From: Camelus dromedarius
Lineage: Eukaryota
DNA length: 64,000 bases
Reading direction: 5' to 3'
NCBI RefSeq assembly: GCF_036321535.1
Contig: NC_087445.1
Span: forward strand, 36,208,001 to 36,272,000
Of this stretch, positions 47,583 through 62,100 are shown one piece after another. A program made the translations under genes and the position numbers. Numbering within the stretch: the first letter of the stretch is position 1; each line of letters opens with the position of its first letter. The notes under the pieces were generated by a model that was not told the DNA's origin, searched no databases, and saw only the letters and a program-made list of their open reading frames with translations.

Positions 47583-49427
47583 CTGTTAAGGTAACATGTT
47601 GGAAAGAAATGAGGAAAGAAAATAAAACAGAGAGGAAAACAACCGAGTTTTCTTTGTTCTTAGTTTAACTGCCATTCACAGTCAATGCAAAATAATACCT
47701 ATTGGTCCAGTTTTCTTTTTTGAGGGGGAGAGGGGATTGTTGTTTTGTTGTTGTGTTTTTAAAGACATAATTTTCACAGCCTGGACGGTGGGGGGCGGGT
47801 AGGAGAGAAAGGACAAAGATAAAAAAGAGAAAGATTTCTAAAATGTTAAAATTAATTTGTCAAAAAGAAAATGTCACTAGTTCCAAAATGACAACTCCAA
47901 AACTATTCGGCTAGGAAATGTGAAGGCACTGGTCTGTTCGTGTGTGTGTTTGGGGCTGGCGGGGAGGAAGGATATTATTTTATAGCTCATAAATACTGCA
48001 AGAGAAGCATGGTTCACATCTTTAATTATATATGCATGCCTCGCCCTAAGTATATTTGTTTGCAAACAAGAAGCTGCATTAAGACAACTTTCATGAAGCA
48101 AAATGTCTATATTATAGCGTAGAATCTGGAAAGAAACAAATACAATACAATTAGTTAAACCATCAAGGAGGTTTCAAAATATCTTTATCCACAGATGTTC
48201 CCCCTGTCTATTTAAGATTTTCATTAGCATACATGTAAATGAAAAGCACTAAAAAAGTGTTTTCTAACTACTTAGTTTTTAGTTTTCACAAATATATTCT
48301 TGTACGAAAGCATTCTTTTTACACCGAACATTTCCAACCCAAAGGTAGAGGAAACTGGGTAAGAAATCTCATGTCATTTTCAAATAACAAAAGTTATTTT
48401 TAATAACCAAAACTTGCTTTATGAAATATCAGGCAAGCCAATAAATTGATGGATACATATTTAGTAATTCCCTTCCCCTTTCACTACCCCTTTCCTAACC
48501 TCTATACACACAATCATATCCCTCTCAGAAGTCTGCTATCCCAATTTCCAGTAAGGGAGAAAATACAACTAACTGTATCATTCGGAAGTAGACCTTCAAC
48601 GCTAGCCAAAGACAAGATTACAGCTAAGATACCTTGAACTGACTTTAAGATCCTAAAAATGCTCAGGATTTAAGAAAAGTTATAAGTGGCTTAATAAACT
48701 GAGAACAGATTTCTTCAGAGAGTCTCCCCACTGACCCCAACCGATAAGCCCACACCATCTCATTTCAGTCAAAACAGAGTAGTTACATGGGATCCAAGAG
48801 AAAGATGCTTCCAGACAGCCAGGATTTTGAATAGAGTTCTTATGTGCACTTTGGCTCCCTGCCTCAGGCCTTTAACCCAAAAATATTCTTTGCATTTATG
48901 GTCTTGGCAACTTTAGCTCAGCCTACACACTATTCACCTCAGCTGCCCTTATTTGGTTAATTTTAATAACCACAACCATCACCACCACCATCCCTCTTTA
49001 CCAGGAACACATCTGAATGAATTAAACCCAAGTTTAATAAAACTCAAGTTGCTCACTATAGATGAATATCTAAATGCCATTTCCATGATGGCTTCAGATA
49101 GTTAATAATTATAGCTAAAACTTACTGAGTATTTAATATATACCAGGCACTGTAACAGTTTACAAGCATTATCTCATGTAAACTCTACTGTTAACTCTGA
49201 GATAAATGTAATTATTATTTGCATTTTACAAATGAGAAAACTAAAGCTTGAAGAAGTTAAACAATTTCCAAAGATCACATAGGTAGCAAGTAATGGCATC
49301 TAGAATTAAATGTAGATAATTTGACTTTAGAATTCATACTCTGAACCAGTATGTGACCCTGCTTCACATTTAGTGTTTTTTCATTTTGAATCCTAAGAAA
49401 GAAGCCTATGGTGCAAATTAACCACAC

Positions 49428-49532
49428 CTGTGAATCCATGTTTCTGGACTCTTTGGAAACTTAGTTAAGGCCAGTTTCCCCAGATGTAAGTCCTTAATTG
49501 GATTTAAAGTGCCAGAGAGGATCAGCTCTTTC
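49428..49532 (-). CDS. PTAR1: PTAR1 coding exon 4 (105 nt): (R)KELILSGTLNPIKDLHLGKLALTKFPKSPETWIH(R)
   Basis: tttttcttttacag|G AAA GAG CTG ... TGG ATT CAC AG|gtgtgg. Open frame, phase 2 to 2, matches recalled PTAR1. Missed by the ORF track. Confidence 0.96.
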
Positions 49533-51121
49533 CTGTAAAAGAAAAACAGAAAGAACCATTACTTTATCCTTCTGTACAAACATACTGCATGACTATTAAT
49601 ATAACCTCACTGTGAAGCAAATTTCCAAGAATTAAAAACCCCCATAAAACTCTTATGTCACACACAGTAATTAAGAATGTAGTCTCATAATCTTGAAACA
49701 ACAAATTAAAAACAGGAACAGAAGCTCTGAAATCAACAGTGGAACTTTAGTTAACTATTTGGTAGAAGGCAAATGAGTTTTTTGGCTTGTATTGTTTCCA
49801 AAACTTACGAGGCCTCACATCAGTATCCGTACAACAAATCCAGTACTAGTTAAGAATTGCTCTAGCTTCTTAAATAGGACTTGATATGGTCCAGTTCATT
49901 CCAAAAACACACATACAACAACAAATACAACAGACTGAGATGTAAGGGGGAAAAAATCATTCAATTGCTACCCTAACAAAATTACTATTTCTATTTTTGG
50001 ATTTTCCCTTCTACCTTTCCTCATATGCACATATATTTTAACATATAATTTTATATTCTGTTCTTTTACCTTAAGAATTACCCCCATGATTCTATATTAT
50101 CTTTAAAATGAACATTTTAAATGGTCAGATAGTTTTCATTCAGTAGCTATCCTGTAATTTAACAACCCTTCTCCCCTATAGTTAGACATTTTAGGTTGTT
50201 TCCAAGTTTTTGCTGTCCTAAAAGAATTCTGAAACAAAGAGCTTTGTGCTTGTAACCTCTTTTGTTTGCAATATTAATTAGGATAAGTCTCCAAAAGATG
50301 ATTATCAGGCGAAGTACCTGGATGGCTGATACACTAGACCATTCCTTTTTGAAATATAAACAGAAGTTACAGGGATATGAAGTTTTGTTGTTTTATAACT
50401 GTTCAAAGCTTCAGCATAATTATGAATGTCATGCAAGAGATCTCCACCTATTTCTCAGGTAAATATAATTTAGGTTTAGATTTAACTTCTCAGGAAAGCT
50501 TTTGATAATAAGTTCTGATATCAGTGACTATACTCCCAATTTTCTATTTATCTATTGTTTTATAATAAAATTAGCTCATTTGCTAGTAGTTATTAAACTT
50601 AAAATGTCTTTTGTGTGGTAGGGCTGATCATGCAACTAATTTTAGAAAAGTTAATCTCAAGAAAACCAGAGCCCAGCTCATGCATCTTACCTACATAGAT
50701 GGATTTAGTTCCTAAATACCACAATACATTTTCTTTCCAACAGCAATGCACTATTTCTAAATTTTTATTTGATAAGGAAAATACTTTCCTTATTAATGAA
50801 AATACTAAATAGTAATAATAAATACTTGCATTTTATAATCAATTTTATTTTAGTTCAGTGACTTCACTCTGTAAAATAATTTGAAGTGCTATCAAGGTTT
50901 ACGGTTGCTTTAAAAAATGCTTTCTTCACTGTTTTTGTTTCAATGTTCAGGAAATCTATGTCATTAAAAGAATATTTTAATGCAATAGCCAATTACTTTT
51001 GCAGTTCTAGATTCTTTTTCTTCTGCAATCAGTAACATTTTGTTCATACAATAAGTCAGGATATCTGTAGAGTAAAAGAAGGCAAAATATTGCTCTATGT
51101 AATTTAAACTACTTTGCAGAG

Positions 51122-51298
51122 CAGTGTTTCTCAAAGTTGGGTCCCTAACTGCAACATCATCATCATCATTTGGAACTTGTGAGAAATACAGATTCTTAAG
51201 CCTCACCCCAGACCCACTGAATCAAAAACCCCAGGGGGGCAAAGCAATGTGTTTTAACAAGCCCTCCAGGGCACACTGGTGTTTAAAAACCACTACTG
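51122..51298 (+). mobile_element. MER5A (hAT-Charlie)
   Basis: cagtgtttctcaaagt...ggaacttgtgagaaatacagattctt...gttttaacaagccctccagg...tttaaaaaccact. Confidence 0.9.
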
Positions 51299-53084
51299 TA
51301 AAGAATTTATTGTACTAAGCCAAACTTCCATTCACTAAATTTAAAACCTCTCCTTATTTACAACCACCTTCCTTTGTTCCCATATATGTCTAGACATAAT
51401 GGGAAATCAAATTTTCTTCAGAAAAGAGGAAGTCACCTTATAACTGTATCTTTACAAAGTTTCTTAAATTAGGGGCACTATTAATTTTTTAATTTTGAAC
51501 AACAAAGTAGTATTTGTGAAGACATCTTAGCCTGAAACAACCTCAATTAATGGTACATATGTATGCTTAAAAAGATCACCTGATAGAATCATAAAAAAAG
51601 GAAGCAAAATTTTACTGTCAATTTAATAAACTCCTGGGGAGTAGGAACGAACACTGTAGAATCTTGCTATAAACCAGTTTTTAAAAGATCACTTGAAAAA
51701 GAAATATGGTAAGTAGTTAAGTTATGGCTATCCGTAAGCTAGAGATCCAATCAAGAAAACCACCTGCTTTAATTTATTCAAGTAAGAATCTAGCCTGAGA
51801 TAAAATTTCCAGTCACACATGGGTTCAAAAAGTGTTGTATCTGAAACAATGTAAATGTGAGTAAACAAGATGTGCTCTGGAAAACTGTGCTAGATAACTG
51901 AAAACACTTCTCCTAATGACAAAGTCAGTGATGTCAATAAGCCATGTGAGGATTTGAATTAAATTGTCTAATAAAATGTGAGTAGGAAAATGAAGAATTT
52001 ATAAATTATTTCATGTAACAAGTTACTTTAAAGGTGTGTAACTAAACTGAAAAATTAAATATCCTAAGAAACTTGCTTATTTCATGTACATACCTTACAG
52101 TTTATATACATCATGATATTAGCCTAAAAAAATCTTTTTTTTTTTTTTTTGACTCTTATTAAAGAAATGGAGTATTGTCTCAAATTTGAGGTGGCTTTAT
52201 TTTCTGGCATATTGAAAAAGCTGGGCTTGTATATTTACCCTGAAAGCCACAGGTGGTCCACTGCTAACAGATGAAGAAGACATGAAGTGAGAGTCATGAA
52301 ATACATGTGGAAAAAACCAATTAAGAAAGGACAAGGCATCTGTGCCATTCAGGATAGAGCGGAGGGTGGCAAGGAACAGTGCCATGCTATATACCAACCT
52401 TGTTATGGGGTAAAATTAGGTGAGCGCTGACTTACTCAAATGTGGGAGAAGGGAGGAGACTGAAAGAAGTTTTAAGAAACAAAAAGTAGACTGAAAAGGA
52501 ATGAGGTTTCCCATGTAGCAGATTCTTCAAACAATAAAAGTTATTCCTTTAAGTTTTTTGACTCTTATTTCACTTACTAATGAAACAGAGTGTATGAAAA
52601 ACCTCATCACTTTCCCTTGAAGACGCCAGTTCATCACTATGAAAATCAGGTAGTGCTAGAGCTAAAATACACCCACAGGAGCCTCCAGGGGTTACTAAAG
52701 TGAGCAGTGTGCTTTCTTCACCTATGTGAGTTCCTGTGCTTTTATATTTCTGCAAAGTTTACCTTATTTTTAAAAGTTTTTATGTCTTATCTCACACTAT
52801 TGGTTATGGCTTCTCTCTGTGTATATCATATCCCTGGCTCAGTCTCCACTGGTCAGCTGAGTACTTGGCATATACTGAATAAACAAATGCCACTTTCCCC
52901 TGCCTCAATCTTCAGTTATTCTATCTGAAATAACAATAATGATAATAAAAGTTATCTTCATAAAAACTACCATTTATTGAATACTTCTCCTGAATCAAGT
53001 ACTGTATTAAGTGATTTACATATATTTTCTACTTTAATTCTCACGACAACATATGTTGAACCATATGAAATTGCTGATACTGAA

Positions 53085-53920
53085 TTTTTTTTTTTGTCTT
53101 TTAAAAATAAACCTTTTATTTTAGAATTGTTTTAAATTTACAAAAAAGTTCTTAAGGATAGCACAGAGAATTTCTGTACGCCCTGTACCCAGTTTCTCTT
53201 ATTTGATATTACTATGGAACATTTGTCACCATTGATGAATCATCATTGATAGATTAGTATGAGAAGTCGATACTTTACTCAGAATTGTTTAGTTTTTACC
53301 AAATGTCCTTTTTAAATTCCAGGTTCCCCACAGGATATCACATTACATTTGGTTGTTATATCTTTGTAAGCCCCTCTTGGTCCCTCAGATATGCCTTGTT
53401 TTTGATGGCCTTCACAGTTTTGAAGAGCACTAATCAGGTATTTCGTATATTTTTCTCATGGTTAGACAAGGGTTATGGGTTTTGAGAGGACCACAAAGGT
53501 AAAGTGTCATTTTTACCATATAATAGCAAAGGTGCATAGTATCAGCATGACTTGTCACCTTTGATGTTGACCTTGGATACCTGGCTGAGGCAGTGGAGTT
53601 TTCTAGATAAATTATTTGGAATTCTCCCATATGGGAGATTTGTCTATTGTCTCTTGTTTGCTTATTCAAGCATCGATTTATGTTAGCATGGACTTATGGA
53701 ATCCATTTTTCACCCTGGGGTATAATCCAATACTGTGTTATTTTATTGTCCAAAGTGCTCCAGCTTTGGCTACTGGAAGCCCTTCCTTACTTTCTGGCTC
53801 TCTGATGTTTCAGCTAATCTGGGATATTTCCTGGCCTAGTCCTAGAACCAGCTGTTTCTCCAAGAAGCTCAGTTCCTTTTATTAGAGAATGGTGTTAGAA
53901 ACCAGGATCTGGATGCTTGG
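53085..53920 (-). mobile_element. L1MC-type LINE 3' end
   Basis: ttttattttagaattgttttaaatttaca...ggaccacaaaggtaaagtgtcatttt...ttagaaaccaggatctggatgct. Confidence 0.85.
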
Positions 53921-55366
53921 ATTTAATAATTTCTGGTCTACAAAAACAACAATTTCATACAGTGCAACCCAATACTACCTCAGTTTTACAGCTGAGAAAA
54001 CTGAAGCTGGGAGAGACTGAGTAACCTGCTCAAGGTTTTTATGCTCAAAGTGTCAAACATCAGATCTACATAAAATAAGGTTATCACTTTAAATCGACAG
54101 GCTATGAGTAAAGAATATGAATCACTGGAGCTTGTTGTCAGCTATTTTAGTTGCTCAAAGATTTTTGCTTACTCTATGTTCATAGACTGATGAAAAATAG
54201 GACAGTATTAAAAACTTAATGTCTTTCATCAATTAATTAACCAATTTTCAAGGCAATTTCAAAGCAAAAAAAGAAATACTAGTCATTTTTCCCTAGAACG
54301 AGCTGGATTTTTAAACTACATGCCTTACTCACTGTAATCACAGGAGATAAGCTCAAAATCTTATTCTTGCCCCTATTTTTTTTCCCTAAGACTGCAAACA
54401 CCTATAAATTGAACTACTGATATGTTACATCATCTTTTAGCAGTTTATAAAATACAACCAAAAATCATTCAATGCTTCCTGAAGCTACTGCAGAATAAAT
54501 GTACTGACAATAACACACAAAATGTTGACTTGATTAGTAAGAGACCTTAAAGGGTTAGATCAGTTTACATCCAAAGTTGCTTTTATTTTTTTGCTCAAAA
54601 TGTACTCAAGATTCTATGTCTGCATATGTCAATCTTACTAATACAAACTAAAATTTACGAGAACACATATCTACAATGGATTTTTTAAAAAATCAAGATT
54701 TCCTTTCTATTACTCTAGCACAAAACTTACCAAATCATCTTACTGGAACAGCTTCAAGATTAACTGCTATTAACATACTGAAGTTAGATTTATGGAGCAA
54801 TTTCCCTTTAAAAGACCAAGCTACATACAATCAAAAAAAGTTTCAAAAGAATCATTTAAAAAATTACCCATTCAAATCTTTTAGAGATATGGAAACTAAA
54901 CTCTTGAGAAAAAGGTCTTGCCCAAAATCAACTGCTGGCTAATCGATGAAACAGAACTAAGATCCATTTATCTTAAGAACTAGCTTCTTTCTTCTACAAT
55001 AAACTGCCCTATAGAATATACAATGAATTATGTATGTGTTTGTGTATGTATAGTAAGAATCTTTTTTTGTGGGAGGATTTTCAATTCCTCTTAATGATAA
55101 GAAATATGAGAACATAAATAAAAATGGTACTCCCACTTCTCTATTACAGTCATTTCTTTTTCAGTGAATTTAATTATTTTCAGTGCCCAATCTGCAAACT
55201 TTGAGTATCTATTACATACCAGGCACTAGAGTGTTAGAAGCTAGGGAAACAAGGAAAAAGAAAAAAGACATGGTCTCTACCCTTAAGAAAGCTCTCAGCT
55301 GTAAGTTCATAGAACCTTCCTAAAAGTCTCCTTTGTTGATTCTTCCTCATCGTGCAAACTCTAGAA

Positions 55367-55661
55367 CAGCACTGTCCAACAGAAATATAATGAGAGTCAT
55401 ACAAGAGCCATGTATGTAATTTAAAATTTATCTAACAGCTACATTAAAAACAAGTATAAAGTAATATATTTTATTTAATTAATATATCTAAAATATTATC
55501 ATTTCAACATGTAATCAATTTAAAAATTATTAATAAAAAAGATATTTGGCTTTTTGAGGTACTTAGTCTTCAAAGTCTGATCACATCTCAACTGAAACTA
55601 GTCACATCTCAAGGGCTCAATAGCCACATGTGGCCGGTGGCTACTATGCTGCACTGTGCAA
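55367..55661 (+). mobile_element. MER33 (hAT-Charlie) with intact 8-bp TSD
   Basis: cagcactgtccaacagaaatataatg...tagccacatgtggccggtggctac; TSD ctctagaa at 55359-55366 and 55662-55669. Confidence 0.92.
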
Positions 55662-55689
55662 CTCTAGAAACTTACAGTGCCCCAGTGCT

Positions 55690-56822
55690 TAGTCTTTTGA
55701 CTGGTTCTCTTCTAATATCTATACCCACTATAATGGGTATCTCAAACAATCTTACGGTTTTAAATATTGCACATTTTCTAGTGATTCCCAAATTTCTACA
55801 CGGCCTAGAACTCTCTCCTGAGCTTTAGATTCATACACAACTACTTGGGCACAAACCTAACATGTCCCAAACCGAACTCTGGACTTCCAACTAGCATCCA
55901 CCGCCCCTCCACACACTTAAATCTGCTCCTCTTCCAGACATCCCCATTCCAGTAAATAGCAACTCCGACCTTTCAGTTACTCAGGCCAAAAACGGAGTCA
56001 AGCTTGACCCTCTTCATCTCTCACATCCAATTTATAATTTGCATCTTTAAAATCAGTTTATTAGTTACAGTCAAAGCTTACACAGTTTACAAAATTCAGT
56101 GAGAATCTTCCTACTTCTCACAACTTCTAGTGCTGAGTTTTGCCTACTTCAAGTCACCATCATCACTCTCCTAAATTATTGCAACCACTTCTTAACTTCC
56201 TAACCATTCCCTGCACTCCTACAGTCTACTTTCCACACTGGAGTCAGAGTTTTAAAACATAAGATACTCTCCCTCCTAACCTTGAAAACCTTCAATGACT
56301 TTCTATCTCACTCGAAGTAAAAGTCAAAGTTTCTACAGCAGCTTATGAATCTATGAAGCCTGATGAGATCTGGCCCATCACTCTCTTGGTCTCATCTCTT
56401 GCTACTCTCTCCCTCATTCGTGCTACTCCAGCTACCCTAGCTTCCTTGCTGTCTCAGAATACCCAGGAACGCTTTAGGTATGACTGACGGCTTTTCCACT
56501 TGCTGTTCCCTCTACTGGGAATATTCTTAACCCAAAATTCACAGAGACTGACCCCTGGCTTCATGCCAGTCTCTGTTCAAACGTCCCCTATTAAAACTGC
56601 AATATCACTCTTTCCAGTCTCTTACTGGCCTTCCCTATCTTCCTTTCCTACTTTTTCTCCATAGGATATTTACCAGCACTTGATCTACTATGTATTTTAC
56701 TTATTAATATCTTTACTGCTTTTCTTCCTCTACTAGAATAAAAATTCCTCATGGCTCTATCCCCAGTGCCTAGGATCTAGCATATAGCAGTTAATCAATA
56801 AATATTTGATGAATTAATGAAC
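55690..56822 (+). mobile_element. L2a LINE 3' portion
   Basis: cctaacatgtcccaaaccgaactc...ccccagtgcctagg...caataaatatttgatgaattaatga. Confidence 0.8.
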
Positions 56823-58000
56823 AAATTTTATCAAGTATTGCTTGGATTAAATGAGATAATGTATAAATTTATAGTATGGTCCCTAGTATATAGTAGCCAC
56901 TCTTAAACATTAGTCTAATTCCTAACCACTGTGGAGCTTTCCATAAAAAAAAAAAATTTTTTTAATTGGAATTCTAAAATTTGTAAATTTTTAAAGCATT
57001 CGATCTCATTCTATCCTTTTCTTACTCTTTAAATATCTGACTAATTATTCAAAAGATAATTAAAAATATATAATAGAAATTACCTAAATTTAATAAACTG
57101 AGGTACAAATATAAAGTTACAAATATAAAATTCAGTAGGTATTATAAAACACTAACTCAGAATGCAAACTTGCTTAAAATTCACAGAAAATTAAGGTACT
57201 ATTTAAGTCATCTTTACATATAAAGAACTATAATCTATGGCTCTTCCCTACATGAAAATTTAAAACATTTTCACTATGTTCAATAGGACTTCACTTTTAC
57301 TTATCTATAATTTGTATCCCGCTTTCCCCTAAGAAAATTAGTATTACTCTAAAAAAACCACCGAATTTTAAAAGTCATACGTACTGTTTAACTGACAAAA
57401 ACTTCAATTAAAAAAATGAACCTGGTCTGAATTTTAATACTTCTATAAAGTATTTTGTGTTTAAAGCTAAAACATCAGAATTAAAGAAGTTAAGATACTA
57501 ATAAAAAGTGGTCCCTCTCCAAAACACTGAGTGCCAGAGACTTCAAATGATTCGCCCACGGGGGTCACAATGTTAGTGACTAGACCGAGACTGAAAGTTC
57601 GTAACCGTTAATGCTCACCTTTACACTTTCCACTGCACTGCAGTGCTTCTCAAATATACTAATCAACACCTTACAATCCAATCAGCTATGTTGATTGTCC
57701 CTATCCCCACTAAAAGAAGGAAGATAAAAGCATGTATCAAATGGTATACTGCAATTCAACATGAAAGTTTATATTTCAGGCAAGAAATTTAGGGAGAACA
57801 GACATCAATATGCAAAAAGGAGCAAAGTGTATGTTAGAATTGTCATGGAGATGTTATAAAGAATGCATAGAAGAAATAAGTGTAAGATGCCATGAATATG
57901 TGATTTATACTGCATTTTTCAAAAAATTAACAATTTATGGGGTTTATATGTTTTCAGAAATATGGACAATTTCACTTTATCATTGATGAGAATGACGTAC

Positions 58001-58067
58001 CTCACATTCCATGCAGTGGTAAAGTCTGGGTTTAGAAGCAGCAGGGTGCATGTGACATCTATCAATT
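58001..58067 (-). CDS. PTAR1: PTAR1 coding exon 3 (67 nt): (E)LIDVTCTLLLLNPDFTTAWNV(R)
   Basis: Minus strand reads ctctttattttag|AA TTG ATA GAT GTC ... TGG AAT GTG AG|gtacgt. The translation matches the PTAR1 prenyltransferase-alpha repeat as I recall it. Phase 1 to 2, compatible with exon 4. Missed by the ORF track. Confidence 0.96.
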
Positions 58068-58479
58068 CTAAAATAAAGAGAGGTCATATTAAAAACAAAT
58101 AGTCCTACCCTTCAAAGATTGACTTCTCCTTCCCTTAAGATCCTCTTTGTTTTATATATATCACATTATACTTACATCTCATGTCATGATAATTCTAACG
58201 ATACCTTGTTCTAAGGTATCAGAGATATGAAGATTTTCCTCAAAATTTTCTTCTACTTAAAACTTTTTAAAAAGTTGACACAGAAACAACTTTACAATTA
58301 AATAATGTCTATAAATATTCAGATTAACCTATTCATTCTTTTAGTAGTTTTTGACACAAAAAAAGAAACACAATTTCTATACCACTATTCATTTAATTCC
58401 ACAAATGTTTCAAAAATTGACTGTGCAAATTCTCAAATGGAAAACAAAAAATCACGTATAATCCAACTTACTTAACACA

Positions 58480-59110
58480 ATTCATTTGCATTTCCCTGCA
58501 AAGATTATCCTTTCTTACACATTTTTACAGTTACAGCATGATAAATGCACAATTTTGTTTTATGTTTTTCATTCAATGTTACATATGCATTCTTCTATAT
58601 TGCTTCAGTATGCATTTTTAACAACTGAATAACAATCTTTTAGTTTAATCTATTATCATTTATCTTATTCTTTAGGCTGTTTCCTGTTTTGTTTTTACTG
58701 TTATGGATGATATTTCTACAAGCATTTTTAAACACACTTGTCTGTGTTTAAAATAGATGAAAGAAAATAGATTATTTCCTTTGGATATACTTCCAGGAGT
58801 AGAGCTACTATGTCAAACAATATAAATATCAGTATGGCTCCTACTAAGCATTTCCAAATTGTCTTCCAAAGGGGTTGTAACCATCTATATCGCCAAGAAT
58901 AACACGAGTATATTTATGGCCCTATAACTCTGACCTATATAATTATATTAAAAAAAATGAATGTGGCAGATTTAAAAAATTGTACTTCATTTCTGTTTTA
59001 ATTTATATCTTTACAATTATTAACATGAACTTTTTTCATTTTGTTTACTATTTTCTATTTTCGTAAGATGAATAGTCTGTTCATATTCATTTGCTACTTA
59101 TCTATCATGC
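58480..59110 (-). mobile_element. Ancient L1ME-type fragment
   Basis: ttaggctgtttcctg, atttccttggatatacttccaggagtagag and ccaaattgtcttccaaaggggttgtaacc motifs. Confidence 0.6.
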
Positions 59111-62100
59111 TCTTGAATAAGCTCCATTAGCCTATATTTAATAAAACAAAATCAGTAATACTTAGACATACTGTCTTCATTTTACTAAAACTGAAAAAGA
59201 GAATTTTAGAGTTAAGATGATCAACCTAGGATATAATACTAAATTAAGGTAACTTCTACCAAGCTCATATTAAATGGTAAGTAAATAAAATAATAAAAAT
59301 TATTAGTATTATTTAGCATTATTGTGTACCAGGCACAATATTAAGTACTTTATTTACATTATTTCATTGAATTCTCACAATCATAATCCAAGATATTTTT
59401 ATTTCACTTTATAGATAGGAAAACTACTAATTTTAGTTTAAGTGTTTAGAGATTTTAAGCAATTTGTTCACAGTCACCTGATAAGTATGTGGCAATATCA
59501 GCATCTTACTACTTTTAATTGTCAATTACACCGCAATTGAAATCTCTGTCTATAATAAATAAATGGGACATTCTCAGTGTTTAAGGAAAAGATAAACTTT
59601 TAAAAATCTAAGCGTAAATACACAAAAATATGTCCCTATAGTCATCTTAAAATGTTAGTCAACAAGAAAACCAATTATTCTATTCTCAACCATCTTAATA
59701 AAAGAGATTAACATTTATTGTGAGTCTGTTACTTTCCCTTCATATGCTATGCTCCACATGAGCCAAACCCCCCCATTCTCTAAACACACTGCCCATCTGC
59801 CTATCTTCTCTTTGCTGGCTATAATTCAGATCTACCTACTTGCTATTTTCTCTGTCAGAAGTATCCTCTTATCTCCAAATTAAAAAAAAAAAAAAAAAGG
59901 CAAAAAAGCATCTTTCTTTATAAAGGCTTTCCTGACCTATTTAGCTGAAAGCAATCTTCCATCTCTATGTTCTGTGTGTATCTTTGTTAATGACTTTATA
60001 TAAATATTATCCTCTTGATGAGCCTGTACATTTTTTGGACACAGGCCCTCTCTTATAGATCTTCAAACTAGCCATTCACTTACCAAATATGAAAAAAATA
60101 TGGCCTCTGACCAAAAGAAATTCCATATCTACCGACATCGTAAAGGAGTGAGGTTAAGAGCACAGGCCTTAAAGCCATTCTGTCTGGGTTCAAATCTCGA
60201 CGTCTCCACTTACTGACTACATAACTGAATGTCTTTGAACTTCAGTTTCCTTTTCTATAAAATGAGGATGACAACATCAAGCTTAGTATTGTAAGCAATG
60301 AGATTCATCCCATTTCTCCACAGCTCTTTGACACATAGTGAATACTCAATAAATATTTGTTCAACTAAACACCATTGCTACTTATCAGGAAATGAATATT
60401 TTCAATATAAATTAATCAAACAAGTCACAAATAATGAGGCAGTTGTTCCTATGATGAAACCATCTAAATTTCTAACCATGTAAAATAAATAATAACAGAA
60501 AACCACTTGGTTATTAAGTGGCTATATGAAATGTTTGTGCATGATGGGAGGGCCTCTGGAATTTTTTTTAAGTCCACAATTTTCCAAAATCCATTGCACT
60601 ACCCAGATAACTAGATAAACTGGTGTTTAGTTTCTTGGACTCTCCTTTTCTGCATTAAAAGAAAAAATGGGCATGTGACCAACAGTAGTTCGAATGCAAC
60701 TCCCTTCCCCTAGACATAAATGAAGACAAGTTCATCTTCCATGAGATACTTCTGTACAGAAGTACAAGGCAAAAACTAACACAGAAAATACCTAACTCCC
60801 TACTTTACATGGCTGTGTGAAGGGAGAGGAAGACTAATCAAAGCAACACTTCTTTTACTGGAGGGTCTCCCCCAGCAGGGTGACAGCAGCTGCTGGGCTC
60901 AGAGCCCAGCTCTACCACTAACTGGGAAGTGCTTGGGTACATCATTTAATCTTTCTGTGCCTTAGTGTCCTCCTCCCATGTAAAACAGAGCCAATAACAG
61001 TACCATCTCACAGGGGTATTAAATGAGTCATACCCATGAAGTATTAGGACAGTACCTGACACACAGCAAGCACTTGGTGGTAACTCCTGTTACAGAGCCT
61101 GTATCTCCTAGCCCAGTCCCACAAACCATACTGGGACTGGATGCCACCAGAGGGAGGAAAAGAATCTCTTGAGCTGGCTGAGCAGTGACTGCTGAACAGA
61201 GGAATACTTAACAACCTCTAAGAATCTCAGGATTTAAAACTTACCAACAGCCTTGGCCAACCACCACTAGTGCCTAGTAACACACACAGTCACAGGCCCT
61301 TCTCCCCTCCTCTTTGACCAACTGCTAACTCCTCCTGACTCAGGACTTAAGTTCAGATTGGACCTCCTTTAGGAATCATTCCAGTGAGATCCAAGAGGTG
61401 GGGGTGAAGTGAATATCAGAAATGTAGAAGGGCCAATGAAGGAGAAGTAAATAAGTTATAAATATTGGACATAAAGAATCCCTCCTGAATTACATATATT
61501 TTCCTGCTCTTCTTTCCCACTGGCTCTGGCTAACTGAGAGAAAGGAAACTAGTGTTTCTTCAGAGTCTACAACATGCCAGTCTCTGTGCTGAGTGCTTTA
61601 CACAAACTAATTCATTTGATCCTCACAACAACCCTCTAAGACCTATTAGAATGCTCCACTTCTGGTGTGGAAATAGGAAGGAGTTAAGTAAATTGCCCAA
61701 AGTAACTGCTAAGTGACTTCAGTGTGCTGATGATCTAAATCCAGGTCTGTTTTCTCACCAAGCAGATGCTCTGTCCACCTTAGCATACTGCCTACAATTA
61801 CTCTGCTGTCTTCGGGTAAGGACTGAACCGAAGATCTAAAGATAAACATGTATAATCAACAGCTGACTATTTCACTCTCTCTGTGTCACCAATTATATAC
61901 CCTTTCTTTGCTGTCTTACCAAGATGTGAGCTACTGACATCCTTACAGTCTCTTGAAATTAAACAGATCTCTGTCCAAACACCAGAACATATACCAGCAA
62001 ATAGCCATTCTCTTGTTACAAACACTCCAATATATGACTAACTCATCACATCACAAAAAGAAAATGAATCACGGCACATTATACACAAGAAAAAAGTAAC

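Noticed and set aside
52570-52650. Two GTGATGA C-box motifs on minus in intron 3 (possible C/D snoRNA)
   Set aside because: No downstream CTGA D box at a suitable distance and no terminal stem.
28349-55661. Inverted pair of MER33 copies bracketing PTAR1 exons 4-8 as a dsRNA or circRNA driver
   Set aside because: The copies are 27 kb apart, short and heavily diverged, so stable pairing is unlikely.
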